A DNA stretch of 63,380 nucleotides, counting the filler, from Octopus bimaculoides (Eukaryota), in assembly GCF_001194135.2 (NCBI RefSeq). It is 5 parts of 5 records of this genome, joined end to end, with 100 filler letters (N's around TTAATTAATTAA, not from the genome) between each part and the next. Parts side by side here need not be neighbours in the genome. Positions count along the whole stretch, not along the records: positions 41,531 to 45,845 come from NC_069006.1; positions 45,946 to 61,494 come from NC_069010.1; 3 more parts are not named here. One strand, 5' to 3'. Of the stretch, positions 42,314 through 53,983 are shown in pieces; position 1 is the first letter of the stretch, and every line of letters begins with the position of its first letter. The translations under genes and the position numbers were made by a program. Under the pieces are notes generated by a model. That model worked only from the letters and a program-made list of their open reading frames with translations. It ran no database searches and was not told the DNA's origin.

Positions 42314-42372
<59 letters not shown>

Positions 42373-42390
42373 NNNNNNNNNNTATCTATC

Positions 42391-42448
<58 letters not shown>

Positions 42449-42669
42449 TATAGGTTATGAGAGGTAATAGTGTCAATAAGACCCAACGGTGTCAGGTAAT
42501 GCTGAGTAAGTGCTATGAATAGAACATAGTTAAGCTCCAGGTTCGGTGATTATGCGAATAAGGAGTCCAACGTAGTTCATATATCAGCGTGTGTATATAT
42601 TAAAACAAATTTCAGAATGCGATAAAAATCCAAGGCTTTGAAAGATTTTAGAACATTTATAAATAGAAG

Positions 42670-42717
42670 GTCTTACAGGTGTTTCCGGGATATTTTATAT
42701 ATCCCTTCATCGGAGAC
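42670..42717 (-). ncRNA. Minimal variant hammerhead ribozyme fold (Penelope-type), left arm of palindrome
   Basis: Minus strand reads GTCT-CCGATGAA-GGGATAT-ATAAA-ATATCCC-G-GAAAC-ACCT-GTA-AGAC; perfect 7-bp stem II. Confidence 0.62.
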
Positions 42718-42818
42718 GGTGTGAGAAGATGGTTAAGCAATAATTATTTTAGATACTCCACTTCACTCTATTTCATATCTTATCTAAAATAACAATTGCT
42801 TAACCATATTCTCACGCC

Positions 42819-42866
42819 GTCTCCGATGAAGCGGTATGTAAAATATTCCGGAAACGGCTGTAAGAC
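42819..42866 (+). ncRNA. Minimal variant hammerhead ribozyme fold (Penelope-type), right arm of palindrome
   Basis: GTCT-CCGATGAA-stem II (imperfect)-GAAAC-GGCT-GTA-AGAC; stem I GTCT/AGAC; stem III one mismatch from palindrome ACAGCTGT; non-canonical U4C in the core. Confidence 0.6.
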
Positions 42867-43638
42867 CTATTTATAAATGTTTTAAAATCTTTCGTCGCAG
42901 CCTTGGATTTTTATCTCATTCTNNNNNNNNNNNNNNNNNNNNNNNNNNNNNNNNNNNNNNNNNNNNNNNNNNNNNNNNNNNNNNNNNNNNNNNNNNNNNN
43001 NNNNNNNNNNNNNNNNNNNNNNNNNNNNNNNNNNNNNNNNNNNNNNNNNNNNNNNNNNNNNNNNNNNNNNNNNNNNNNNNNNNNNNNNNNNNNNNNNNNN
43101 NNNNNNNNNNNNNNNNNNNNNNNNNNNNNNNNNNNNNNNNNNNNNNNNNNNNNNNNNNNNNNNNNNNNNNNNNNNNNNNNNNNNNNNNNNNNNNNNNNNN
43201 NNNNNNNNNNNNNNNNNNNNNNNNNNNNNNNNNNNNNNNNNNNNNNNNNNNNNNNNNNNNNNNNNNNNNNNNNNNNNNNNNNNNNNNNNNNNNNNNNNNN
43301 NNNNNNNNNNNNNNNNNNNNNNNNNNNNNNNNNNNNNNNNNNNNNNNNNNNNNNNNNNNNNNNNNNNNNNNNNNNNNNNNNNNNNNNNNNNNNNNNNNNN
43401 NNNNNNNNNNNNNNNNNNNNNNNNNNNNNNNNNNNNNNNNNNNNNNNNNNNNNNNNNNNNNNNNNNNNNNNNNNNNNNNNNNNNNNNNNNNNNNNNNNNN
43501 NNNNNNNNNNNNNNNNNNNNNNNNNNNNNNNNNNNNNNNNNNNNNNNNNNNNNNNNNNNNNNNNNNNNNNNNNNNNNNNNNNNNNNNNNNNNNNNNNNNN
43601 NNNNNNNNNNNNNNNNNNNNNNNNNNNNNNNNNNNNNN

Positions 43639-44080
43639 GGGGCTAAAAGCAACAGTAACATCCACCCCTAGGGGTCAGCCACACTTAAGTGGCAACACAC
43701 TTCACTTTATCGTGCAGTTACTGTTAATACTTCATTTAGAGAATTAACATTGCTTGTTTTCACTTTTTCGATATCAGTGAAGAATTTCACTGGAAAAATA
43801 TACATAAGGTTGCCAAGAATTTATATCTCTCATCGAAGGTCGGTAGCTATCGGACGCTGACGAAGGGAAATAACCCTGAAACCCGGCTCCGTTCGTGCTA
43901 CGATCACGATGAGAGGGATAACCTCCCTTGGCAAAACATACAGGACACAGTAGTGTGTCGATAAGCCAGCTGGAGGAGATGTCCTCCTGGGGCTAAAGCA
44001 ACAGTAACATCCACCCCTAGGGGTCAGCCACACTTAAGTGGCAATACACTTAAGTGAAGTGGCAATACACTTCACTTTAT
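43639..44080 (+). mobile_element. Retrozyme-like / Penelope pseudo-LTR-like direct-repeat element, ~350-nt unit
   Basis: The ~70-nt block ggggctaaa(a)gcaacagtaacatccacccctaggggtcagccacacttaagtggcaa occurs at 43639 and 43989 (period ~350) and brackets one hammerhead; the left copy runs into an N gap. Confidence 0.65.
43827..43915 (+). ncRNA. Type I hammerhead ribozyme fold with extended stem I
   Basis: Stem I CGGACG (43851-56) pairs with CGTTCG (43890-95); core CTGACGA (43857-63); stem II AGGG-AAATAA-CCCT; GAAA (43878-81); short near-palindromic stem III ACCCGGCT; NUH site CTC, cleavage predicted after 43889; distal stem CTCTCATCG/CGATGAGAG. Activity untested. Confidence 0.8.
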
Positions 44081-44349
44081 ACATATACTCTTTTACTCTT
44101 TTACTTATTTCAGTCTTTTGACTGTGGCCATGNNNNNNNNNNNNNNNNNNNNNNNNNNNNNNNNNNNNNNNNNNNNNNNNNNNNNNNNNNNNNNNNNNNN
44201 NNNNNNNNNNNNNNNNNNNNNNNNNNNNNNNNATGGAAGTGGGATGGTGAACATTCAACGCTAAAAAGAAAAATCAAACAGCGTTTCAACTCTGTGTGAG
44301 TGTATGTGTATATGTGTATGTGTGTGTACAAAGGAAGTATGCGAATGTA

Positions 44350-44448
44350 TGTGAACATTGGCAAGTGTATTAATTTGATTTACCATCCGTATTTATATAT
44401 AAAATACTACAATTAGCCGTCAGTTTTGACGGCACGGAGCCAACTAGT
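44350..44448 (+). mobile_element. Helitron-like 3' terminus
   Basis: Perfect hairpin gccgtca-gttt-tgacggc (44416-33), then CTAG (44444-47) followed by T. Confidence 0.6.
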
Positions 44449-44687
44449 TTAATATAATTAATAACGTAGAATCGATTAAAAGTTCAGCTAGAAATCGAAC
44501 AAATATAACGTTATATGGAAGAATAAATAGTAATAAAGAACTTAATAGAAACGAATTTGTTTCTACCATGAATGACCAAGTGAATACTAAATCTAGGAGA
44601 AATATAAAAAAAGTAGCTCTCCAATTGTTCTTATCTGAACTCTCGTAATGTGAATAATAAATGTGAAACTAAAAATATAACAGTAAA

Positions 44688-44957
44688 GTTTATTTGCCAA
44701 CAGAATGCGGCGGTCCTATAGAGGACGATGTTACTGTTGTTTAAGCCCCAGGAAAACATCTTTTCCAGCTGGATATCGATACACAGTCTGTGTCCATATA
44801 GTGTTTGCAAGGGAGGTCATCGATCCCATCTCCTTTGCAAATACTATACGGACACGGACTGTGTGTCGATATCCAGCTGGAAAAGATGTTTTCCTGGGGT
44901 TTCAACAACAGTAACATCATCCTCTATAGGACCGCCACATTCTGTTGGCAAATAAAC
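44688..44957. repeat. 270-bp fold-back with 128-bp arms
   Basis: Arms 44688-44815 and 44830-44957 differ at 9 positions; the right arm is homologous to 43930-44060. Confidence 0.95.
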
Positions 44958-46407
44958 GTTAATATTCGGTACTGTTATTGTATATCTCTCGCTGAGAGAT
45001 TGAAAAAAAGTTGTTTTTCTCTATAAAAATATAATATATAGATGTAAAATTAAATCTGAGGGAAATGGATACATTTACATCGGTGAGACAGCACTAATTT
45101 TCAAAAAAAAAGCTGTCTGGCTAATCACTTAAATTCGTTTAGAGATACAAATATAAAATTCCAAACAAGTCTAGGTGGGTTAATCTGATCTATTAAAGAC
45201 AGAAACAGACAGTATACTATCAACTGGAACTGATTAGAACTGCAAAACCATTTATAGAAGAACTTTACCAAATTTTTACACCTGAGGGTAATATGATAAA
45301 TTGTAGACAATAACAAGCTTTAAGATGCTTGCATAAGAGAAAATTTACCTTTGCTCAATATAAATAAGTTATAAACATTTAAACAATGAATTGTCTTGAA
45401 ATGACTGATTATCGGGATTAAACGAGTGATTATCCAATCAATACGTGAATTGAAGATTGTTCGCGTCTAAATAAACTCACAACTCCACATCATAGAACGC
45501 AAAGAACATCAAAATAAAACGTACCGTATTTTTTACATTACAAGTAGAATCCATCCAATGGGCTTCCATGCTGTTTCCACCAATCAATTTTCACACACAG
45601 GGTGCCGATCGACCCGAAGCAATAGAGAAATGATATTTTCCCAAGATGTCATGCAGCAGGATCGAACATGGGACATAATGATAACGAAGTAAACTTCTTA
45701 ACCATTCGGGTATAACGTACTAACACTCCACCGCCACCACCACCAATACCACCACCAACAACAACAATACCACCACCACCATCATCACCACCAACACCAC
45801 CACCACCACCACTATCGCCACTGCCACCACCACCGAAACCAACACNNNNNNNNNNNNNNNNNNNNNNNNNNNNNNNNNNNNNNNNNNNNTTAATTAATTA
45901 ANNNNNNNNNNNNNNNNNNNNNNNNNNNNNNNNNNNNNNNNNNNNCCACCAAATTTTCAAAGCCTCATGCCTAGAATAGAAATAATAATAATAATTATTA
46001 TTATTATTATTATTAACATTCTTCTTCTTCTTCTTCTTCTTCTTCTCCTCCTCCTTCTCTTCCTCCTCCTGTCGTATATATATCTACATGTGTCTTTCTA
46101 CCTGTCTTTTCCCCTACCACGACCACTTGACAAATGGTGTTGGTGTGTTTACATCCCTGTTTGGCAAAAGTGACCAATAAAATAAGTACCGGGTTTTAAA
46201 AATGAAAAGCAGTGGCGGGTCCTCAATTCATTGAACTAAAATTCTCCAGGGCAGTGCCCCAGCATGGCCGTAATCTAATGACCGAAACAAGTAAATGATA
46301 AATGACAAAAAGATTATCTGCTTCGAGATTCACTGTTCCGAAAAAGAATTAATTCACCCAGATCCGTTTGTCATTGTTATAAACCTTCCCCTTTCTCTCC
46401 TTATTAG

Positions 46408-46493
46408 GGTCTGTATGAGATGAACATCCATGTTGCCGGTATACCAATGCTCCCCTCGGAACCTCCGCCAATGTTTGAAGATGTCAAAGCAAG
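46408..46493 (+). CDS. CLCN7: CLC-7-like exon: end of last membrane helix and linker to CBS1 (GLYEMNIHVAGIPMLPSEPPPMFEDVKA)
   Basis: Acceptor ctttctctccttattag, donor gtactg; 86 nt ending in phase 2; aligns to human ClC-7 [29 protein letters not shown] (recalled sequence). Confidence 0.9.
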
Positions 46494-46536
46494 GTACTGT
46501 AGATTTTAACGGTCTAACACATCATATATATATATT

Positions 46537-46571
<35 letters not shown>

Positions 46572-46636
46572 ATATATATACATATATACACACACACACA
46601 CGCACATATATAATATATATATATATATATATACAC

Positions 46637-46854
46637 ATGAGGTGACACTTAAAAGTTTCTGGCTTTAAGGGTATCTTGAAAGGCCTGGTTGGAGGCCCAA
46701 CCTTCTGAGTTTTTTTACAGGGCTTAGAAAAACTGAGGGAGTGCTGCAATAAGTGTGAATCTGAGAGGGGAATATGTTGAATAAAATCATAATTAACTGA
46801 TTCTTCTCTATCTTCTTTTACTCAATGCCAGGAACTTTTCAGCACAGCCTCGTA
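46637..46854 (+). mobile_element. Same mariner MITE family, inside the CLC intron 46494-46925
   Basis: Homologous to 1314-1537; right TIR ccaggaacttttcagcacagcctcgta. Confidence 0.78.
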
Positions 46855-46925
46855 TATGAGCATATACATATATATATACATATATATATACATATATATA
46901 TTTACTCTTTGTCTCAATATTTCAG

Positions 46926-47052
46926 TGACATCATGAGCAAGCCAGTGGTTTGTCTTCCAACCATTTGTTCAGTGGGTAAAATTGTGGATCTCCTCAAAGT
47001 GGAAACTTCATGCGGATTCCCAGTGGTGGAAGTGGAAAACGATTCAGACTCG
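46926..47052 (+). CDS. CLCN7: CLC-7-like exon, CBS1 N-terminal part (DIMSKPVVCLPTICSVGKIVDLLKVETSCGFPVVEVENDSDS)
   Basis: Acceptor atatttcag, donor gtaggt; 127 nt; AG+T completes a Ser codon with the previous exon; matches ClC-7 EVMSTPVTCL..KVGVIVDVL..GFPVVE. Confidence 0.93.
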
Positions 47053-48584
47053 GTAGGTTTGTGATGGGAGGTGTGTTTTTTATTTTGTTGTCCTTTAACT
47101 CTTTTATAGGTTTGTGTGTGTGTGAGAGAAAGAAAGAGAGAAAAAGAGCGAGCGAGAAAGAGGGCTGTAACCAAACTAACACCATTTGTCAAGCAGTGGT
47201 AGGACACAAGCACAAAGACGCATACACAAAAACACACACACAATGGGCTTCTTTCAGTCTCCATCAACCAAATCCACTCACAATGCTTTGGTTGGCCCAA
47301 GGCTATAATAGAAGGCACTTGCCCAAAGTGCCACACAGTGGGACTGAACCCAGAACCATGCGGTTGGGAAGCACTCCTTACCACACAGCCAAGCCTGTAC
47401 TGATTTATATGAAACCTATTTAAATTTTAAGACCTTTTAAACATCGGATGTGAGCAACAAGGCAGAGAACAAAGAACTAAACACATATGCATAATATGAA
47501 ACACAAAATGTGGTTTAGATGAGGAAATTAGCTCTTTGAATTATTTGTGTGGTTTTGTAGGATGAAAGCATCCATCTGTCTAGACATCCATCCATTGCTC
47601 TATACAGGCATCTGTCCACCTGTCTATCTACCCATCTAGCCACTCAGCCAAGCATCCACGTACCTATCCATACATCCAACTGTTTATCTGCTCATCTGTC
47701 CATCCCTTGCTCAATCTGTTCTTCTTTCCTTCTGTCTGTCCACCCATTCATCCATCCATCCATCCATCCATCCTCTTGTGCATCCAGCTATCTCCTAACC
47801 ATTCTTCCACGCATCCCCCTCCCTCACCCCTGTTCCTTATTACATCAAACCCTTCACCCATCCATCCATCAATCCATTCATTCAACCATTCTCTTCTCCC
47901 TCCCTTTTTCTCTCCTTCTCTCCCACACGCCTCTATCTAGCCATTCGTCCCTCCCCCTATCTATCCTCTCCATCCCTCCATCTATCTTCTACCTCCATCC
48001 CTCCACCATCCATTCATTTAATTATATATCCACCTATCCAGTGATTCATCTACAAATCCATCAGCTCTTACTGAAACCATGTCAATGCTCTCTTTTTTCT
48101 GACCAAGTTTCTTGTAATTTAATTAGTGTTATGTTCAGCTATTTTTTCTTTTTATATATATATATATATATATATTCTCTTTTCCTGTTCTGGCTACAAT
48201 GTGACCTACCTGTGCAATGAAGAATAATTAGCAAGTAATACATACCAGTAGTGATGCCATAGTAATGACATCACAGTGTTATTTGTTGACAATTATGGTT
48301 CTGGAAAGGAGAAAAAGAATCACCAAGGTGTTGTGGTATGATGTGTCGGGTTGCTTTAAGTTGAAGAATGGAGATAATTAAAGAAATCTACATGCAAATA
48401 TTTTTGTTGAACAACTATGGAAAAATGGAGGCGACAAAATACTGTGTGTGTGAGTGTGTGTGTATGTATGTATGTACATATATATATATATGTATTTATA
48501 TGTATGTATTTATATGTATGTATATATATAACTATTAAAGGGGGAAAATTATCAGGAAAGATATTTCTATTCATGTTTTTAAAT

Positions 48585-48648
<64 letters not shown>

Positions 48649-48676
48649 NNNNNNNNNNNNNNNNNNNNNNNNNNNN

Positions 48677-48730
<54 letters not shown>

Positions 48731-49780
48731 TATATATATATACAAACACGCGTAACTACTTCATCCCTTTCAAGTTCGTGCCTCACAGCGTTCATACACA
48801 AATAATTTTTCTAGTCTGGCCATAAAGCCTTTTCTGTTTGTTTTCCTGTCTTGTTTTTTGTCCGCCACTACATTCCTCCATGCCAAGATTTAATTTGTGT
48901 ATACAAATTTAATTTGCGGTCTATGGGAANNNNNNNNNNNNNNNNNNNNNNNNNNNNNNNNNNNNNNNNNNNNNNNNNNNNNNNNNNNNNNNNNNNNNNN
49001 NNNNNNNNNNNNNNNNNNNNNNNNNNNNNNNNNNNNNNNNNNNNNNNNNNNNNNNNNNNNNNNNNNNNNNNNNNNNNNNNNNNNNNNNNNNNNNNNNNNN
49101 NNNNNNNNNNNNNNNNNNNNNNNNNNNNNNNNNNNNNNNNNNNNNNNNNNNNNNNNNNNNNNNNNNNNNNNNNNNNNNNNNNNNNNNNNNNNNNNNNNNN
49201 NNNNNNNNNNNNNNNNNNNNNNNNNNNNNNNNNNNNNNNNNNNNNNNNNNNNNNNNNNNNNNNNNNNNNNNNNNNNNNNNNNNNNNNNNNNNNNNNNNNN
49301 NNNNNNNNNNNNNNNNNNNNNNNNNNNNNNNNNNNNNNNNNNNNNNNNNNNNNNNNNNNNNNNNNNNNNNNNNNNNNNNNNNNNNNNNNNNNNNNNNNNN
49401 NNNNNNNNNNNNNNNNNNNNNNNNNNNNNNNNNNNNNNNNNNNNNNNNNNNNNNNNNNNNNNNNNNNNNNNNNNNNNNNNNNNNNNNNNNNNNNNNNNNN
49501 NNNNNNNNNNNNNNNNNNNNNNNNNNNNNNNNNNNNNNNNNNNNNNNNNNNNNNNNNNNNNNNNNNNNNNNNNNNNNNNNNNNNNNNNNNNNNNNNNNNN
49601 NNNNNNNNGTAAAAGCACCCACTACACTCTCTGAGTGGTTGGCCTTAGGAAGGGCATGCAGCTGTAGAAACTCTGCCAAATTAGACTGGAGCCTGGTGTT
49701 GCCATCCGGTTTCACCAGTCCTCAGTCAAATCGTCCAACCCATGCTAGCATGGAAAGCGGACGTTAAACGATGATGATGA

Positions 49781-49821
<41 letters not shown>

Positions 49822-49824
<3 letters not shown>

Positions 49825-49935
49825 GAGGTGTTGAAAAGTTCCTGGCTTAAGGTAAAAGAAAATACAGGTGAATCAGTTAATTATGATTTTATTCAACATA
49901 TTCCCCTCTCAGATTCACACACTTTTTTACAAGGC
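49822..49935 (-). mobile_element. Partial copy of the same mariner MITE
   Basis: Starts tatgaggtgttgaaaagttcctggc; contains the reverse complement of the gtgtgaatctgagaggggaatatgttgaataa segment. Confidence 0.7.
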
Positions 49936-50726
49936 TCAGTGCTAGTTATATAATTTCTATAGGAAATTTGTAAAGATGACCTTAACAAATGATTTAATAG
50001 CACTGCTAACATAGTAGAACACAGTACTGACTCACAAAAATGTTCACTATACATTCTAGTATATCATGGCTGTGTAATGAAATAAAGTGTCTTTACATGT
50101 CATTAATATTTATGTACCAGCTTCCAAGAATTTGAAAATTTAGTTTACTTTCTCATTGCATTAATCTCTAAACATTGTCATGCATTTGTCTTTGTTTGTG
50201 CTGACGAACACAATGAAGATATTACTTTTGTTGATCTGATTAATGATAATGTCAAGGCTTGTATGAGATTTTCCTACTTGTTATTTATTTATCGTTAGGT
50301 GCTTGTTTGTTTATTGTAATCTGTGTGGGTAATTAATCTATTTTAATTGCATTCATTAAGAGAGAGAACAAAACAGAGGCAGAAGTCTTGAAGTATTCAA
50401 GTTGTAATATCTACTTTTGGAATGTTGTCATGTGAAAAACTCAAGCTTGTGAGGCTTCAGGAGAAAATTAAATAAACTAAACCGTTTATCTGTCAGTCTG
50501 TCTATCTATCTATCTATTTATTCATCTATCTACCTATTACTCTATCTATATATCTAACTATCCATCCATCCATCCATCCATCCATCCATCTATCTATATT
50601 CATTTAGCTCTCTACTTATTTTTCTATCTATCTGTCTATACATACATACATACAAACATACTTCATATACATATACCACACACACATAAAAAGATAGACA
50701 CATATATTCATGTATATACGTTTGTG

Positions 50727-50761
<35 letters not shown>

Positions 50762-51253
50762 ATGATGATTATGGCAATGATATATTTAGCCTTGTGCACC
50801 AGGAACAAGCAGATAATTACTTAAGCTCATAATGATTAATTAACATTTCATTAAATTCAAATGATGCCCCGAATGAAACACTTTCTATATTTGAGAAAGC
50901 AGATCTGCTGTTAAACACATACCAGGTTATTAAACTCCATACCAGGTTATTAAAAAATATACCTCACAGGCTATCATCATCATCATTGTTTAATGTCCGC
51001 TTTCCATGCTGGCATGGGTTGGACAGTTTGACTGAGGACTGGCAAGCCAGGAGGCTACACCAGGCTCCAGTCTGATCTGACAAGGTTCCTACAGCTGGAT
51101 GCCCTTCCTAACACCAACCACTCTGAGAGTGTAGTGGGTGCTTTTATGTGCTACTGGCACGGGGCCATGAAATTATTTTGTTAATGTTTATACATCAATT
51201 CTATACATGGATATACTGTTTTTTTTTTTGTTTGTTTGTTTGTTTGTTTGCAG

Positions 51254-51328
51254 GGAAGTCTGGAGACATATGGTAAACTAAAAGGATTAATTCTCAAGTC
51301 TCAGTTGATGGTACTTCTGAATTTTAGG
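51254..51328 (+). CDS. CLCN7: CLC-7-like exon, CBS1 C-terminal part (GSLETYGKLKGLILKSQLMVLLNFR)
   Basis: Acceptor tttgtttgcag, donor gtgagt; 75 nt, phase 0-0; matches RLQGLILRSQLIVLLKHK. Confidence 0.92.
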
Positions 51329-52449
51329 GTGAGTATATGTAAGATTACATATATGCATTCTTTTATTAAGGGGTAAAGGGACATTGAAAATTATGGTGAC
51401 AGCAACAATAGTGAGACTGATTATGATGACGGTGGTCATGATGACGGTGGTCATGATGACAACAGTGATGGCAATGATGATAAGAAATTTCTGGTTTTCT
51501 AAATCTAGCATTTGATGAAACTATGATTGTAGAGACCAATGTGGAGCAGGTGTTTATATCAAGAATTATATGGAAGAAACATTAACGAATTGCAAGGAAA
51601 GCAGTTTTGAGTATTATTAAAAAAAACTTTTCTTGATCTGTTCTATATAGATGGAATATCTAAGTATTACTATATGTTATGGTATCACTTATTAGGTACC
51701 TAAAATCCAACATCAAACAAAGACATGTAACAGCAAGATTGTAATTGAGAAATTGAATGGAAGCATTTGTAATACAATACAATATAGTCTAAAAGTACAA
51801 GATGACTGCAGAGCGATAGATTGTCAGCACGTCTCTTATTAAAACCTTTTTCTTTCTTCATCTTCTTTCATTTCTTTCCTTCTCCTTCCTTCCCTCTTCT
51901 TCTTCTTCTTCTTCTTAATATTGATATTATTAAGGTGGCAAGCTGGTAGAATCATTAACACACCAGACGAAATATTTAGTAGCATTTTGTCTGTCCTTAC
52001 ATTCTGAGTTCAAATTCTGCTGACGTTGACTTTACCTTTCATCCTTTCGGGGTTGATAAATTACCGTATTTGATGGCCTATAAGACACACGAGTGCATAG
52101 GGCACACCCTAGCCTAGGCTATACTTTTGTAAAATAAATTACCACTAAAATAATGTTTTAATTCCTCCCCTTACCTGCATAACTTATGTTATTACCAGTA
52201 ATTATAAGCAATTTATTGCATCCACATTCAATATAAACATACCGTGGGCGATTCTTTGTTTACTTTTTTTTTTTATTTAAAAAAAATTTATTTCTCTCTG
52301 TCATTCTCGTTTTCTCTACCACAATCTGGTGTATTTATTTTACTGGCCTACCAATGCATACAGTGCATTTCTCTACCCTAGGTGTCAGGAAGACACTTGA
52401 CGAGAAATGGAAACAGAATTGAAAGAAGATGATAATGAAAGTAATAATG

Positions 52450-52498
<49 letters not shown>

Positions 52499-52514
52499 CA
52501 ATAATAATAATAAG

Positions 52515-52580
<66 letters not shown>

Positions 52581-53896
52581 GGCTGTGATATAATACCAGG
52601 TAATACCCTGATGCAGTACCAGTAAATGCCCTGATGCAGTACCAGGCAATGGCTCTCATGGCTTCTGATCTTAACTGATTGGAAGTGTTATCATGTACAT
52701 TGTTTTGTCTTGGTATAAAAAGATGGGCTACAGCAAATATTCTGCTTANNNNNNNNNNNNNNNNNNNNNNNNNNNNNNNNNNNNNNNNNNNNNNNNNNNN
52801 NNNNNNNNNNNNNNNNNNNNNNNNNNNNNNNNNNNNNNNNNNNNNNNNNNNNNNNNNNNNNNNNNNNNNNNNNNNNNNNNNNNNNNNNNNNNNNNNNNNN
52901 NNNNNNNNNNNNNNNNNNNNNNNNNNNGTCTCTTTATATATATTGGAAAATCTTTGTGAAAAATTACTTTATTCAGTTTTTTAGTATAAAGGAGATTAAA
53001 AAAATTTTTTTTTTTGAAAAGGTTATAAAATTTTTTAATCAGAATATTACTAACCTTTTTTGGAAGAATTTTTTTCCTGGTGTGTGAGCGCTTTATATAT
53101 ATTCTTTTGTTCTTTTGCATGGGGCACTGTCAGTAGAAAAAATTGTTCATGACAGTGGTGTACTACATATATATTGCAAAGTTTCAAGAAAATATTTTTG
53201 AGTCAAGTACATCAACATCAATATCAAAATCAAATCAAATTACAATCAAATGGAAATTGTAGTTGTGACCCCCATGCCGGTGGTATGTAAAAAGCACCAT
53301 CCAATCGTGGCCGATGCCAGCTCCTCTGGCCCCTGTGCCAATGGCACGTAAAAAGCATCTACTAGACTCTCGGAGTGGTTGGCATTAGGATGGACATCCA
53401 GCTGCAGAAACACTGCCAGATCAGATTGGGGCCTGTTGCAGCCTCCTGGCTTCCCAGACCCCAGTCGAACCGTCCAACCCATGCCAGCATGGGAAACGGA
53501 CATTAAATGATGATGATGATGATGATGATGTGGTAAATTCTAGTGCAAAATATTAAACGAAACAAAATACACAGAAATTTTTATGCAGGAAAATTTATAT
53601 ATATATATATTTTAATGAAAAATATATTTAGTCGACCGGTTTCACTTATGCTAATCATGACTAAAAAGTCAATGATGATGTTACAGTTTCATGCTATCTT
53701 AAGAAGTTCATGTTGGTAGGAGGAAGGACAGATGTGTATATGTGTATATATATATGTGAGCTAATGACCAACAGGGACAGCAAGAACTGCTATCAAAATT
53801 GTTGTATTGCAGCTTCTTCATTAATTATCTTATTGATTGGTTGTTTGATTGATTATTAATTGATAATTGTATTTTTTTGTATTCACTCATTTCTAG

Positions 53897-53983
53897 ATAT
53901 TTGCACCAGATGGAGCAGTACAACCAAGATGTTTACGAAGTGCCAAATTCCGTGATTTTTACAGTGCACAGTACAAGATATCG
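53897..53983 (+). CDS. CLCN7: CLC-7-like exon, inter-CBS linker (IFAPDGAVQPRCLRSAKFRDFYSAQYKIS)
   Basis: Acceptor ctcatttctag, donor gtatgt; 87 nt, phase 0-0, open; FRDFY aligns with ClC-7 FRDAY. Confidence 0.82.

Larger units (their letters stand above)
42614..42922. mobile_element. Palindromic (fold-back) element, probably an inverted pair of Penelope-like terminal repeats
   Basis: Left end agaatgcgataaaaatccaaggc is the reverse complement of right end gccttggatttttatctcattct; arms pair for ~130 nt and each carries a hammerhead motif. Confidence 0.7.

Noticed and set aside
50119-50260. Open AG-GT bounded segment inside a CLC intron (FQEFENLVYFL..)
   Set aside because: About 140 nt with phases incompatible with the phase-0 neighbours, no homology, and the CBS1 alignment leaves no room for it.
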